Source of the DNA: an uncultured virus (IMG/VR IMGVR_UViG_3300046002_006897)
Taxonomy: Duplodnaviria; Heunggongvirae; Uroviricota; Caudoviricetes
Length of the DNA stretch: 64,000 nt
IMG/VR virus record: IMGVR_UViG_3300046002_006897
Strand: one strand, 5' to 3'
Under the pieces are notes generated by a model. That model was given only the letters and a program-made list of their open reading frames with translations, was not told where the DNA came from and searched no databases. The position numbers were made by a program, and so were the translations under genes. Below are positions 35,951 through 44,779 of this stretch, piece by piece (position 1 is the first letter of the stretch; every line of letters begins with the position of its first letter).

Positions 35951-36357
35951 CGTTGGTCCATGAGTACATGGAGTATGAAATGCATATATATGGAATGGGT
36001 AAAAATGAGAGATGCAATAAACCGTTCCCCAATGAACAATTTCTCCAACTTTATTATAAATCTAGCGTTTTGTTGGCGTTGACATCTTTTATATAAATAT
36101 TAAAGCAATTATATTACATTGATTATAATAAGTAGATAAATTCATCTTATTGTAACAAAATACTTGACTTCTTATAAAGATTGAGTCATAGTTATGAGTT
36201 CAGTTAGAGAACAGCCTCCTATCCTACGGGATGAGGGCTTTAGATATACGAAAGGAACATATTATGGTTATCGCTATAGCATGTTGGACAGCCTTGGGAT
36301 TATTAATCATTACAGAAAGTGATTATCGTCCAAAGAACTGATAAAAAAGAAAACTAT

Positions 36358-36390
36358 AAGCGGGGTGGAGAAATCCACCCCGCTTTTTTT
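36358..36390 (+). terminator. Strong intrinsic terminator at the end of the RNA array region
   Basis: AAGCGGGGTGGA-GAAA-TCCACCCCGCTTTTTTT. Confidence 0.9.
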
Positions 36391-36420
36391 ATGCCCAAAG
36401 ACATTTGCGGAAAAATAATG

Positions 36421-37134
36421 TTACACCAAAAACGGTAGATAAATTTTTCTCAGGGTTTCGTTGGCCAACGCCAAATCAAATTCATATGTAAATTTTCTAC
36501 TATTATACGATAGCTTAACAGCCGCCTCGGAAGCATCAAACATTTCGTTTAATTTTTCTTTTGTGTACTTCTCTGGCTCGGTTTTTATAGAAAACAAATG
36601 TGCCCAAGTCTTCTCATCGGCTAATTTTAGATTTACTGGAAAATATCCATGTTGAAAAAGAGTTTTTCCACAAAACGCAAGTCTTAATAGTTGAGTAGCG
36701 TTTTTTGGGGAAAATCCATATTTATCCAATTGTGCTTTACGCTTACTACCAAGTTGACCAGTTCTCTCACCATTTGCCAATCTTCGTTCACCTTGCATAT
36801 AACCAAGTAAGCATCGAAACATCTTGTCTGTGTCAACAAACTTAAACTTGTTGGATCGTATTTCTTCAAATGCATCACTTGTTTGAAGAAAGTCTTCAGA
36901 AAAGAGTATTTCAATCGCACCTGTGTTACCATTGCGCAGAAGTTCAAAAAACTTGCGAAGTTCGTAATAAACTATGTCGTCTGTTTCTTGTTTCTGTATA
37001 TGATCGAGCTTTTCCAATCCAAGTATCTTGGACGGCTCTGTGTTTATGAATACACCTCTGTAATCAAGATCGGACTCGGGAGTATTAAGTCCATATGCTG
37101 TGCTGCCCCCCAAAGCTTTTACTAACATTTTCAT
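36421..37134 (-). CDS. Pol-beta superfamily nucleotidyltransferase (RlaP/YcgL-like)
   Basis: GGSTAYGLNTPESDLDYRGVF, GN..AIE. Confidence 0.85.
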   Translation of the reverse strand: MKMLVKALGGSTAYGLNTPESDLDYRGVFINTEPSKILGLEKLDHIQKQETDDIVYYELRKFFELLRNGNTGAIEILFSEDFLQTSDAFEEIRSNKFKFVDTDKMFRCLLGYMQGERRLANGERTGQLGSKRKAQLDKYGFSPKNATQLLRLAFCGKTLFQHGYFPVNLKLADEKTWAHLFSIKTEPEKYTKEKLNEMFDASEAAVKLSYNSRKFTYEFDLALANETLRKIYLPFLV

Positions 37135-37172
37135 ATTATAAATACTGAAATTATTTTTTAAGAAGTCAAGTA

Positions 37173-37682
37173 TCAATTAGCATCCAATCGATATATAATT
37201 ACATCACTGGGATAGTCGGTAAAAGCAACTTCTATTAGACGTTCGACTATTCGGAAATCTCCACCCCCTCTGTCGGAACCCATTTTATAAGGAAATCCAA
37301 CAGATGGAGCCGGAAGATCCATGCCATTTTCTGTCAACTCATTTGCCATACCTTCCAATGCAGAATATAAAGCATCATAATTGGTTTGTCTTGTGCCTTT
37401 TCCAAATAAATTTTGACCATACAAGTTATAGATAAGAGCAATTTGATTGTCGTGTTTATTTGCACCGCTAGTAAATGGAATATAACCAACAGAAAAATTT
37501 CCTAGAGTATTTGTCTTTGATAACGTGGCTGCACAGTCTGCTTTATATGCGTCTGGATACATTTCACGAATAGTACGAGCAATACCACTGCCAAATGTAT
37601 TTTGACAGTTTGCTTGATGGCCAATGACTTGTACATCTTTTGCGAAAAGTAGATTGCCATCTTTATAAATAAGAGATTTCAT
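37173..37682 (-). CDS. Macrodomain protein (ADP-ribose hydrolase-like)
   Basis: GNLL, HQANC...GSGIA, NLYGQ, FPY.MGS.RGGG. Confidence 0.9.
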   Translation of the reverse strand: MKSLIYKDGNLLFAKDVQVIGHQANCQNTFGSGIARTIREMYPDAYKADCAATLSKTNTLGNFSVGYIPFTSGANKHDNQIALIYNLYGQNLFGKGTRQTNYDALYSALEGMANELTENGMDLPAPSVGFPYKMGSDRGGGDFRIVERLIEVAFTDYPSDVIIYRLDAN

Positions 37683-37756
37683 ATTTTTAAATAATGCTAA
37701 AATTTCATAGAATGTCAACATTTTTTATCGCGTTTTGTTCAATTTTATAATACTTA

Positions 37757-38200
37757 TTGTATATGAGTATCATACCCGGTCCAAATAACGAATTAATGAC
37801 AGCCTCGGTAGCTCCGTCTTATGGTTCAACAGCGAATGTAGCACAAGCAACGGCGTCTTCCGTGTATGTAAGCTCTTCCTATAGTTTTCCTTATCCAGTA
37901 ATTAGTGCGTCGATTACTACAACCGGAAATCCGGTGTTCATAGCCTGTTCTGGCGACGCCAATCCAATTTCAATAGGGGGTCTTGGAACAATCCAACTGT
38001 ATAGAGACAGCACTGCTATAGGAACTCGGGTACAATACGAAGGGTCGGCAGCAAATGAAAACAATCCATATTGTTTAACTTGTATAGATAGTCAACCGGC
38101 GGGAACATATACATACTATTTGAAATCGGTGTCTCAGAGCGGACACACTCAATTTGGAGAAGTATCGGGACCAAGTCTTTCGATGGCGGAGTTGAGATAA
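37757..38200 (+). CDS. hypothetical, virion-structural-like protein
   Basis: S/T-rich; D..PAGTYTYYL motif typical of phage tail proteins. Confidence 0.55.
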   Translation: MYMSIIPGPNNELMTASVAPSYGSTANVAQATASSVYVSSSYSFPYPVISASITTTGNPVFIACSGDANPISIGGLGTIQLYRDSTAIGTRVQYEGSAANENNPYCLTCIDSQPAGTYTYYLKSVSQSGHTQFGEVSGPSLSMAELR

Positions 38201-38247
38201 TTTTGAAAGTTTACACTATTTATAACATAATAACCACATAACAAATC

Positions 38248-38889
38248 ATGAGTACAACAATAACATACATAACCAACGGGAATCTTGTCTTAACAGAATC
38301 AAAGGCCGTGACCATATCGTGCGTCGGTGCCGGTGGTCGTGGAAACTTTACAGGAAACGGTGGTTCTGGTGGCGCATTCGCTAAAGCAACTAAAACCTTA
38401 CAATCTGGGTCATATCCCGTAGTAGTCGGCCTAGCATCTGCGCACGACGGCGGCAATTCATATGTAACATCGGCCAGCGTGGTGATTGTTCGAGCGCCGG
38501 GAGGAAAACAAGACGGCACAATTACACACCAAACTGCATTGCTAACTGGTAGCGTAGCAACATACTACGGCGGGCACGGAAGCCCAGATTTTGATGGATA
38601 TAGTGCATATAATGGTTCCGGCGGCGGAGAAGCTGGTAATGTGCTAGGCAACGGTCAAGATGGTCAAAGCGCATACTATTCCACTGCGTTTGCCCCAGCT
38701 TCCGGGGGATACTCTTACGCCACCGGTAGTGGTGGTGCCGGTGCATACTATTACGCCGGGTCCAAGGTCAATCAAGTATTCGTCGCAGCCGGTGGAACAT
38801 TTCCGGGCGGCGGCGGCGGAGGCTCTTATGACTACGGTACTGACAGTTCTGGTGCCGGTGCCAATGGGTCTGTGGTAGTAACTTACTAA
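38248..38889 (+). CDS. Glycine-rich virion-like protein
   Basis: VGAGG..GGSGG, PGGGGGG, GANGSVVVTY. Confidence 0.65.
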   Translation: MSTTITYITNGNLVLTESKAVTISCVGAGGRGNFTGNGGSGGAFAKATKTLQSGSYPVVVGLASAHDGGNSYVTSASVVIVRAPGGKQDGTITHQTALLTGSVATYYGGHGSPDFDGYSAYNGSGGGEAGNVLGNGQDGQSAYYSTAFAPASGGYSYATGSGGAGAYYYAGSKVNQVFVAAGGTFPGGGGGGSYDYGTDSSGAGANGSVVVTY

Positions 38890-38907
38890 TATAAAACAAC
38901 TTAACGC

Positions 38908-38942
38908 AAAAAACCCCGCTATTATGGCGGGGTTTTTGTTTT
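38908..38942. terminator. Bidirectional terminator
   Basis: A-tract/CCCCGC...GCGGGG/T-tract between convergent genes. Confidence 0.8.
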
Positions 38943-39588
38943 ATACATCCGGACTATGATGATCCGGGGCAACTGCGGTTCTATTCTTTAATTCTCGATG
39001 AACTTCTTCCCATTCAACTGGCCGACGTTTCCATTCCCAGCCAACGTCCAACCGTTTCAGGCCAACATCCTCTTTAAGATTTCTGTGACAGTGGCCGTGA
39101 ATATTGTATCCACCCTTCGACATATGATTCCACGAAGCAATTGGATAGTGCGTTAACACAACCGGAACTTTATCAATGAAGATTTCAGCATAATGGCCGA
39201 GAAATGTAAACGTGGAGTTTGGATAATTCAATGGATACACTTCAATGTCGGCATGAAACTGCATTTCATCCAATGTGGCGTCATACAACTGTTGCATGCC
39301 AGCGTTATGATTGCCCCAAATAAAATATTGATGCTTACACGGCAAACGAATCAACCGCTTTGCATAGTCCAATGAATTTGCGCCAGCACCAATCACTGCA
39401 TCGCCAAGATTGAATACAATATCATTTAATCCAATATGGTCGCTCAACATTTGATATGTGTGAGCATATGCTTCATTGACATTTTGATAATTGCGTGGAC
39501 CAAGAATAAATGGCTTGTCGTGACCTAAATGTAGGTCAGATATAAACCAAATCTTTTGGTCGGTTGATTTTAGACTAATCTTTTTCAT
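38941..39588 (-). CDS. Calcineurin-like metallophosphoesterase
   Basis: SDLHLGH, LGD, GNH, THYP, HGHCH. Confidence 0.9.
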   Translation of the reverse strand: MKKISLKSTDQKIWFISDLHLGHDKPFILGPRNYQNVNEAYAHTYQMLSDHIGLNDIVFNLGDAVIGAGANSLDYAKRLIRLPCKHQYFIWGNHNAGMQQLYDATLDEMQFHADIEVYPLNYPNSTFTFLGHYAEIFIDKVPVVLTHYPIASWNHMSKGGYNIHGHCHRNLKEDVGLKRLDVGWEWKRRPVEWEEVHRELKNRTAVAPDHHSPDV

Positions 39589-39955
39589 GAAAGAATTTGG
39601 GACGATTTATTTTAAAATTTTCGAGATATCCAATGATATTTTCTTTACCAATTGGATTTAAGCTATGAACTTGATATTCTGGCAACGGTAGTTCATATTC
39701 CATGCAATATTCAACCAGCCATTTGGCACATTCATATCCGGTCTTTTCTTTATATTGATTATACCCCGCACCACCAGTATAATGTTCGTCGGCAAGATCA
39801 TGATCAAAGCTCACAAACAATGGTGAGCCATGTTTCATAATATATTTTACAAAATCATCATAGCTTCGCACTATAATCCAAGGACCAAGTGGCATTTGCA
39901 TCCACCTAACATCTTTTGGCAACCGAATATCATCAAGAAATAATTTGTAGCTCAT
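39575..39955 (-). CDS. Cyclic-phosphate-processing receiver domain protein
   Basis: LFLDDIR, SFDHDL, TGYE, HS.NP.G. Confidence 0.8.
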   Translation of the reverse strand: MSYKLFLDDIRLPKDVRWMQMPLGPWIIVRSYDDFVKYIMKHGSPLFVSFDHDLADEHYTGGAGYNQYKEKTGYECAKWLVEYCMEYELPLPEYQVHSLNPIGKENIIGYLENFKINRPKFFHEKD

Positions 39956-40119
39956 ACTATTGCAGTATTATAGGCATCAAGATACTTGTCAATCAGTAAT
40001 TTTGCAACCTTTACACCTTCTTTATTGCCAGTTTTTTCAAAGTGTGCAAGTTTTTTACGCCAATATTCCAAGTCTTGTTTTATACCAGACTTGGTGTGAC
40101 TTATTTTATCTGTTTCCAT
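39952..40119 (-). CDS. hypothetical 55-aa protein
   Basis: METDKISHTK...; ATGA overlap with the next gene. Confidence 0.55.
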   Translation of the reverse strand: METDKISHTKSGIKQDLEYWRKKLAHFEKTGNKEGVKVAKLLIDKYLDAYNTAIV

Positions 40120-40597
40120 TGGGAATGGGAGTTTGAGAAATCAAAGCGTGTACGAGTTGTCGTTCATATTGATACAAATCTTTGAGATTGCGCTGTAGAA
40201 TATCATGAATTTTAAAGAATCCAACTGGTCCGAGGTATTTGAATTCACGATCATATCCATATGAAGTCCATAGATCGCCTCGCCAAAAGTCAGGACCGCC
40301 GCAGTTGTCCCAATACCAACCAAAGTGAAGATACGGATGAGCGGCCTTGTCATCAGTAACAATTCCAGTTGGTTTGCGAAAGTTTAGCACATAACCATCT
40401 TCTGCAACATTGCCCCACTCGGTAAAGGTCCAGCCATTCTTGTTCAAGAACGATGCAACTTTATCGTTGGCTTTTACTCTGGCGATGGCATCTTTTCTAG
40501 TCATGTCATATCCCAACATGCTGGTAAACCGAGTCACGTTGTTTGATTCTGCCCAAGTGGGCAATTTAAATGTTTTCATTGTTTTCATTGTTTTCAT
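40106..40597 (-). CDS. hypothetical protein
   Basis: ORF; N-terminus MKTMKTMKT arises from a 9-nt tandem repeat. Confidence 0.65.
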   Translation of the reverse strand: MKTMKTMKTFKLPTWAESNNVTRFTSMLGYDMTRKDAIARVKANDKVASFLNKNGWTFTEWGNVAEDGYVLNFRKPTGIVTDDKAAHPYLHFGWYWDNCGGPDFWRGDLWTSYGYDREFKYLGPVGFFKIHDILQRNLKDLYQYERQLVHALISQTPIPNGNR

Positions 40598-40872
40598 TGC
40601 AATCTTCCTCCACCAACCAACACATTACGAAGTGTGCTAGATTGTCCTTTGCGACTGGTCTTGGCTTTGAAGTCGGCAAATGTGTCTGGCAGCATAACTT
40701 GCAAACTTCCAGCCGTCTTGTGTTCAAAGACCATAGCACCCATATATCTAGATTGAGATACGCCACGCTTTGCACAACTTAGGCAAACACGCAGGCCAAG
40801 TTCTGCACGCGCAGACTCAATAGCCTCGGAGCAACAAGAGCAAGGATTTTTATGTAGAGTAAAACCATTCAT
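40594..40872 (-). CDS. C4 zinc-finger protein, DksA/TraR-like finger
   Basis: CSCCSEAIESARAELGLRVCLSC. Confidence 0.55.
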   Translation of the reverse strand: MNGFTLHKNPCSCCSEAIESARAELGLRVCLSCAKRGVSQSRYMGAMVFEHKTAGSLQVMLPDTFADFKAKTSRKGQSSTLRNVLVGGGRLQ

Positions 40873-41191
40873 GCGATTAATGATGCAGTAAGTATATAAA
40901 AAGTCAACCAGAATCTTAATTTTTTGAAAAAAGTTTTGAATAAAAAAGTTGACAATCGAAGAGTTTGTGATACTTATATTCGTAGTTCTTTGACACAACA
41001 ATTTAAGCAGACGGCACTAGCCCCTGAAGGGCGAACAGGATTGAGATTAATGGCTGGATATGTCATATCACAGCACTTCCCCAAAACACTAAGTAGGTAT
41101 CTACGCCATCGGCGTTTTTGATTACCGAAGTTACGGGATAGGATGTTTCCTCCGAAATGGAAACCATTCTTGTGCCGCCTGTCTTTTTCAT

Positions 41192-41583
41192 GGGCTCGTT
41201 TTTAGATTCTACTCTATAGAATGAGTACAAGCCGCAAGCACAGAGTCTAATGTCTCTGTATAATACCCGTTGGAAAACATAAATGCTAAGAGAAATCTTG
41301 CAAAGAAGAGCTTCCTCACCGTTCGCAAGAACGCTGAAGTTGAGCTTCTAGCCGCAGCCTAATAAAATAGGCTGTCCGTTGTCCTTGTGACACAGATAAC
41401 AAGTCAACAACGTTCATCATCTGGCCGTTTGTGTGAGATAGAAGATGGTAGCACAAATCAAATACTAAACTTCAACTTCAATATGGTGCTCTACCAAATA
41501 TTGATGTATTATAAGAGATAAGCTTGTATATGTTTGTAAGCTTTTTATATAGCACCCGGGTGCAACTCCCGGCGAGTCCACCA
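41192..41583 (+). ncRNA. ssrA: tmRNA
   Basis: GGGCTCG/CGAGTCC-ACCA acceptor with G3:U, T-arm, ATAAAT-GCT resume site, tag AKRNLAKKSFLTVRKNAEVELLAAA*. Confidence 0.9.
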
Positions 41584-41664
41584 TTTTTTTATATTGACAA
41601 AAATATTTTTTGTTCTATAGTTATGTCCACTTTGCAATAATCGCAAAGAAAAATATAATAAAAT

Positions 41665-42381
41665 ATGACAAAGAAAATCCTATTAATGATTACGGCATTA
41701 ATCGCCGCTGTTACGCTGAGTGCAGCCCCAATCGGGTTGACTGCAAATGCAACATACTATACCAAGTATCTAGATAATGGCTTGGTTGCATTTGAAGATG
41801 TTGCCGTTGCCGGTGTTACGCTAGAAGCATACAATTTTGTTGCTGGCGTCAACACGTTCAACACCATCAAAGACACAACAACAGGTAAATACACAGCAAG
41901 TGCTGGACTGTTCAAACGTGTTGACCTGTCGCTTGGATACAAGTTTACATCTCCATTGGCAAATTTGACTTTGGGCGGTACATATAAAACTTATAGCAAG
42001 AGTGTATCAAATATTGCAAGTAACACTGAGCCATTTGCGCTATTGAATGGTTCTCTGTTCGGCACCCGTGCAACTTGGGATGCACGCTATCGCGCAGACC
42101 TAAAGAATCATACCAATAACACAGAAGCAAATCTACGTCTACCATTTGGTTTCCAACATGTAAAGCTTGTTCCAGCAATTGGATATGGCTTTAATGATCT
42201 CGGTGCCGATACGATTGTAAAGTATAGATTTAGCAAGCAATATGCTGTTGTTGGCGCAGGTATTGGCTATTATGCAAAGAATGCCACACTGTCTGTTGAC
42301 TTTACTCAACGCCGCGACGGTTTGTTAACCGCAGGAACAACTGTAAATAGTGTTTCGGGTGGGATTGCAGTAAAGTTCTAA
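41665..42381 (+). CDS. Outer-membrane beta-barrel-like protein
   Basis: Signal peptide, alternating aromatic beta strands, C-terminal Phe. Confidence 0.7.
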   Translation: MTKKILLMITALIAAVTLSAAPIGLTANATYYTKYLDNGLVAFEDVAVAGVTLEAYNFVAGVNTFNTIKDTTTGKYTASAGLFKRVDLSLGYKFTSPLANLTLGGTYKTYSKSVSNIASNTEPFALLNGSLFGTRATWDARYRADLKNHTNNTEANLRLPFGFQHVKLVPAIGYGFNDLGADTIVKYRFSKQYAVVGAGIGYYAKNATLSVDFTQRRDGLLTAGTTVNSVSGGIAVKF

Positions 42382-42400
42382 TACTCGATTAGTTCTATCA

Positions 42401-42431
42401 AAAAGGACACCGTAACTGGTGTCCTTTTTTT
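42401..42431 (+). terminator. Intrinsic terminator
   Basis: AAAGGACACC...GGTGTCCTTTTTTT. Confidence 0.85.
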
Positions 42432-42475
42432 ATTGTACTGTTGACAAGCGCAGATAAAAGTGCATGATCTATTGC

Positions 42476-43417
42476 ATGATTCTACCATCTAACATCACTC
42501 CGTCTCTTTGCTGCATTCACACAGGATTGCAGGAGCAAAGCGTCAAGTTCAATGTCATGACTTATGCTCAATATACTAAACTGGGCAAGGAAACAGCAAT
42601 GAAAATTCTCGCTGACCGTTCGCTGAACAATATCAAAACTATCCACGCCATCATCAAAGAATGCGCAAAAAATGGATGGAATTATCGCATCGGTAGTAAT
42701 GTGTTCCCTCTGATGACACATCCCGATCTAAATTTCACCGTTGATGATTTTTACAATTTCTCAGATATTATGGCCGAGTTTAGCGCATGTGCCAATACTA
42801 TTAGACAAAACAAAGTACGTTGCAGCATGCATCCCGATCAGTTTGTTGTTCCGGCAAGTCCAAAAGACGGCGTTGCCGAAAACTCTATTCGCGACCTTGA
42901 ACAACATGCTATGATTATGGATTTGCTTCAACTGCCACAATCATACGAGGCACCAATCAATATTCACATGAACTGTTATAATGACGGCAAGTTTGGTGAA
43001 GTTGTTGATAGATTGGAAAAAGTTCTCAAACGCATGTCAAAATCCGTAACAAGTAGACTTGTCTTTGAGAACGAAGACAAACTAAAAAGTTGGACCGTAT
43101 ACAACCTACATGAATATCTTTACAAACGCACTAGTATTCCGATTACATTCGATAATCTGCACCACAAATGCAATCCAGATGCCATGAGCGAACAGAAAGC
43201 ATTTGAAATGGCAGTATCCACTTGGCCGAATGGTATTATTCCGTTGTTCCATTTCAGCGAATCTCTCGTCGGTAACAATCCTCGTGCTCATGCCGACTTT
43301 CCAACTTTCCTTCCTGAGATTTATGCTAATTACAAAAGTGATCTACACCTCGACTTCGAGTTCAAGCACAAAGAGCTTGCTATACACAAAGTAAAACAAG
43401 AAAAGGTAATTTTATAA
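42476..43417 (+). CDS. uvsE: UV-damage endonuclease
   Basis: YRIGS..FP, SMHPDQF, NIH, ENED, FDNLHH, HFSES, RAHAD, E.K.KE.A. Confidence 0.9.
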   Translation: MILPSNITPSLCCIHTGLQEQSVKFNVMTYAQYTKLGKETAMKILADRSLNNIKTIHAIIKECAKNGWNYRIGSNVFPLMTHPDLNFTVDDFYNFSDIMAEFSACANTIRQNKVRCSMHPDQFVVPASPKDGVAENSIRDLEQHAMIMDLLQLPQSYEAPINIHMNCYNDGKFGEVVDRLEKVLKRMSKSVTSRLVFENEDKLKSWTVYNLHEYLYKRTSIPITFDNLHHKCNPDAMSEQKAFEMAVSTWPNGIIPLFHFSESLVGNNPRAHADFPTFLPEIYANYKSDLHLDFEFKHKELAIHKVKQEKVIL

Positions 43418-43423
43418 TCGATC

Positions 43424-43630
43424 ATGAAAAATAAACCATTGTCAAAAAAACAACGCAAAGATTTGATTTCTGCTTGGGCAGGAATGAATTGTTTATGTGC
43501 ATACCTAAAAGATTACAAGACGAAGCCGGAAAATTTTGGTGACAAGTTTGACCCTCACGCTTATGCCAGAGACATATATAAACTACTTGATTCGGTAATA
43601 AACAATGTTGATGATTCGGATTTATATTGA
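43424..43630 (+). CDS. hypothetical protein
   Basis: ORF. Confidence 0.55.
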   Translation: MKNKPLSKKQRKDLISAWAGMNCLCAYLKDYKTKPENFGDKFDPHAYARDIYKLLDSVINNVDDSDLY

Positions 43631-43663
43631 CCTTTTATAAAAAGTTGTCATAGTATATTCATT

Positions 43664-44779
43664 ATGAAAATTGATCTACAGTCTATTGATCCTGAGTCAT
43701 TCATGGTTCATCAACATTTTATTGGAGAACATGAATGCTATTTGGTCCAGCCAGTTCATATTGGTACTTCTTGGAACAAGGACAACCTCATTTATCGTTC
43801 GTCTCTTTGGGACAAAGAAGGCAATCCTGTTTCGCTTTCGTTCAAAAAGTTCTTCAATTACGACGAAAAGCCTGATATTTTTCCTGCTCCTTCTAATCTA
43901 ACTGATGCGAAGTTGATGGAAAAGTTGGACGGCTCCACTTTGATTTTTTCTCGCTACAAGGGCCAGACTGTTATTCGCACACGCGGAACTGTTGATGCTC
44001 GCAAGCAAGCAAATGGACATGAGATTGACTATTTGTGCAAAAAGTACAAGAAGTTCATTGCATATCTTGAAATGCTAGAAACTAGCAATGAGTCTTTTGT
44101 ACTGGAATGGTTGAGTCCAACCAATCGCATTGTATTGAACTATGGCGACGAACCTGACATGGTTTTGACTGCTGTAATCAATCACAATGATTATTCCTTG
44201 ATGTGCCAATCTCAATTGGACTATTTTGCATCTGATATTAAGCTGCGTCGTCCCCGCACATTCTCTTACAACTCTGTTGAAGAAATGAAGTCGGCGGTTG
44301 AAGTATTGCGTGATCAAGAAGGTTTGTGTGTATATTATGGTAACGAACAACAAATTCGTAAAGTAAAAGCCGCACAATATCTTTTTTTACATCGTGCAAA
44401 GTCCGAAATTTCTAGTATAGAAAAAGTCATTGATGTGTATATTGATTGGTTTATGGATCGGTACAATCTTTCTCACGAACCAACTGGTTATGTAGAATTC
44501 TTTGAGTATCTTACTGAAAAGTTTGATTTTGAAATTGCTACAATGGCAACTGGACATGCTTCGCGTATCTGTGATGCTATGAAAGAAGTATCAAAGATCA
44601 TGAATGCATTGTTTGAGTTTGCATCTGCTCGTATGTATATTGCTCGTAATATTGCTGCCAAAGAAATCTTACAAGCATATGGCAGCACAGGCAGAAGCGC
44701 AATTATATTCAAGATGTTGGACCGCAAGACCATTGGAGCAGATGATTATAAAAAGTTGTTATACCAAGTATTAAAATGA
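43664..44779 (+). CDS. RNA ligase, T4 Rnl1-like
   Basis: F.KFFN, EKLDGS, TRG, E..SP.NRIV, EG, KVK..QY. Confidence 0.85.
   Translation: MKIDLQSIDPESFMVHQHFIGEHECYLVQPVHIGTSWNKDNLIYRSSLWDKEGNPVSLSFKKFFNYDEKPDIFPAPSNLTDAKLMEKLDGSTLIFSRYKGQTVIRTRGTVDARKQANGHEIDYLCKKYKKFIAYLEMLETSNESFVLEWLSPTNRIVLNYGDEPDMVLTAVINHNDYSLMCQSQLDYFASDIKLRRPRTFSYNSVEEMKSAVEVLRDQEGLCVYYGNEQQIRKVKAAQYLFLHRAKSEISSIEKVIDVYIDWFMDRYNLSHEPTGYVEFFEYLTEKFDFEIATMATGHASRICDAMKEVSKIMNALFEFASARMYIARNIAAKEILQAYGSTGRSAIIFKMLDRKTIGADDYKKLLYQVLK

Noticed and set aside
11382..36049. CRISPR array in the repeat-like RNA region
   Set aside because: No constant direct repeat with unique spacers. The recurring elements are tRNA arms and AU-rich linkers.
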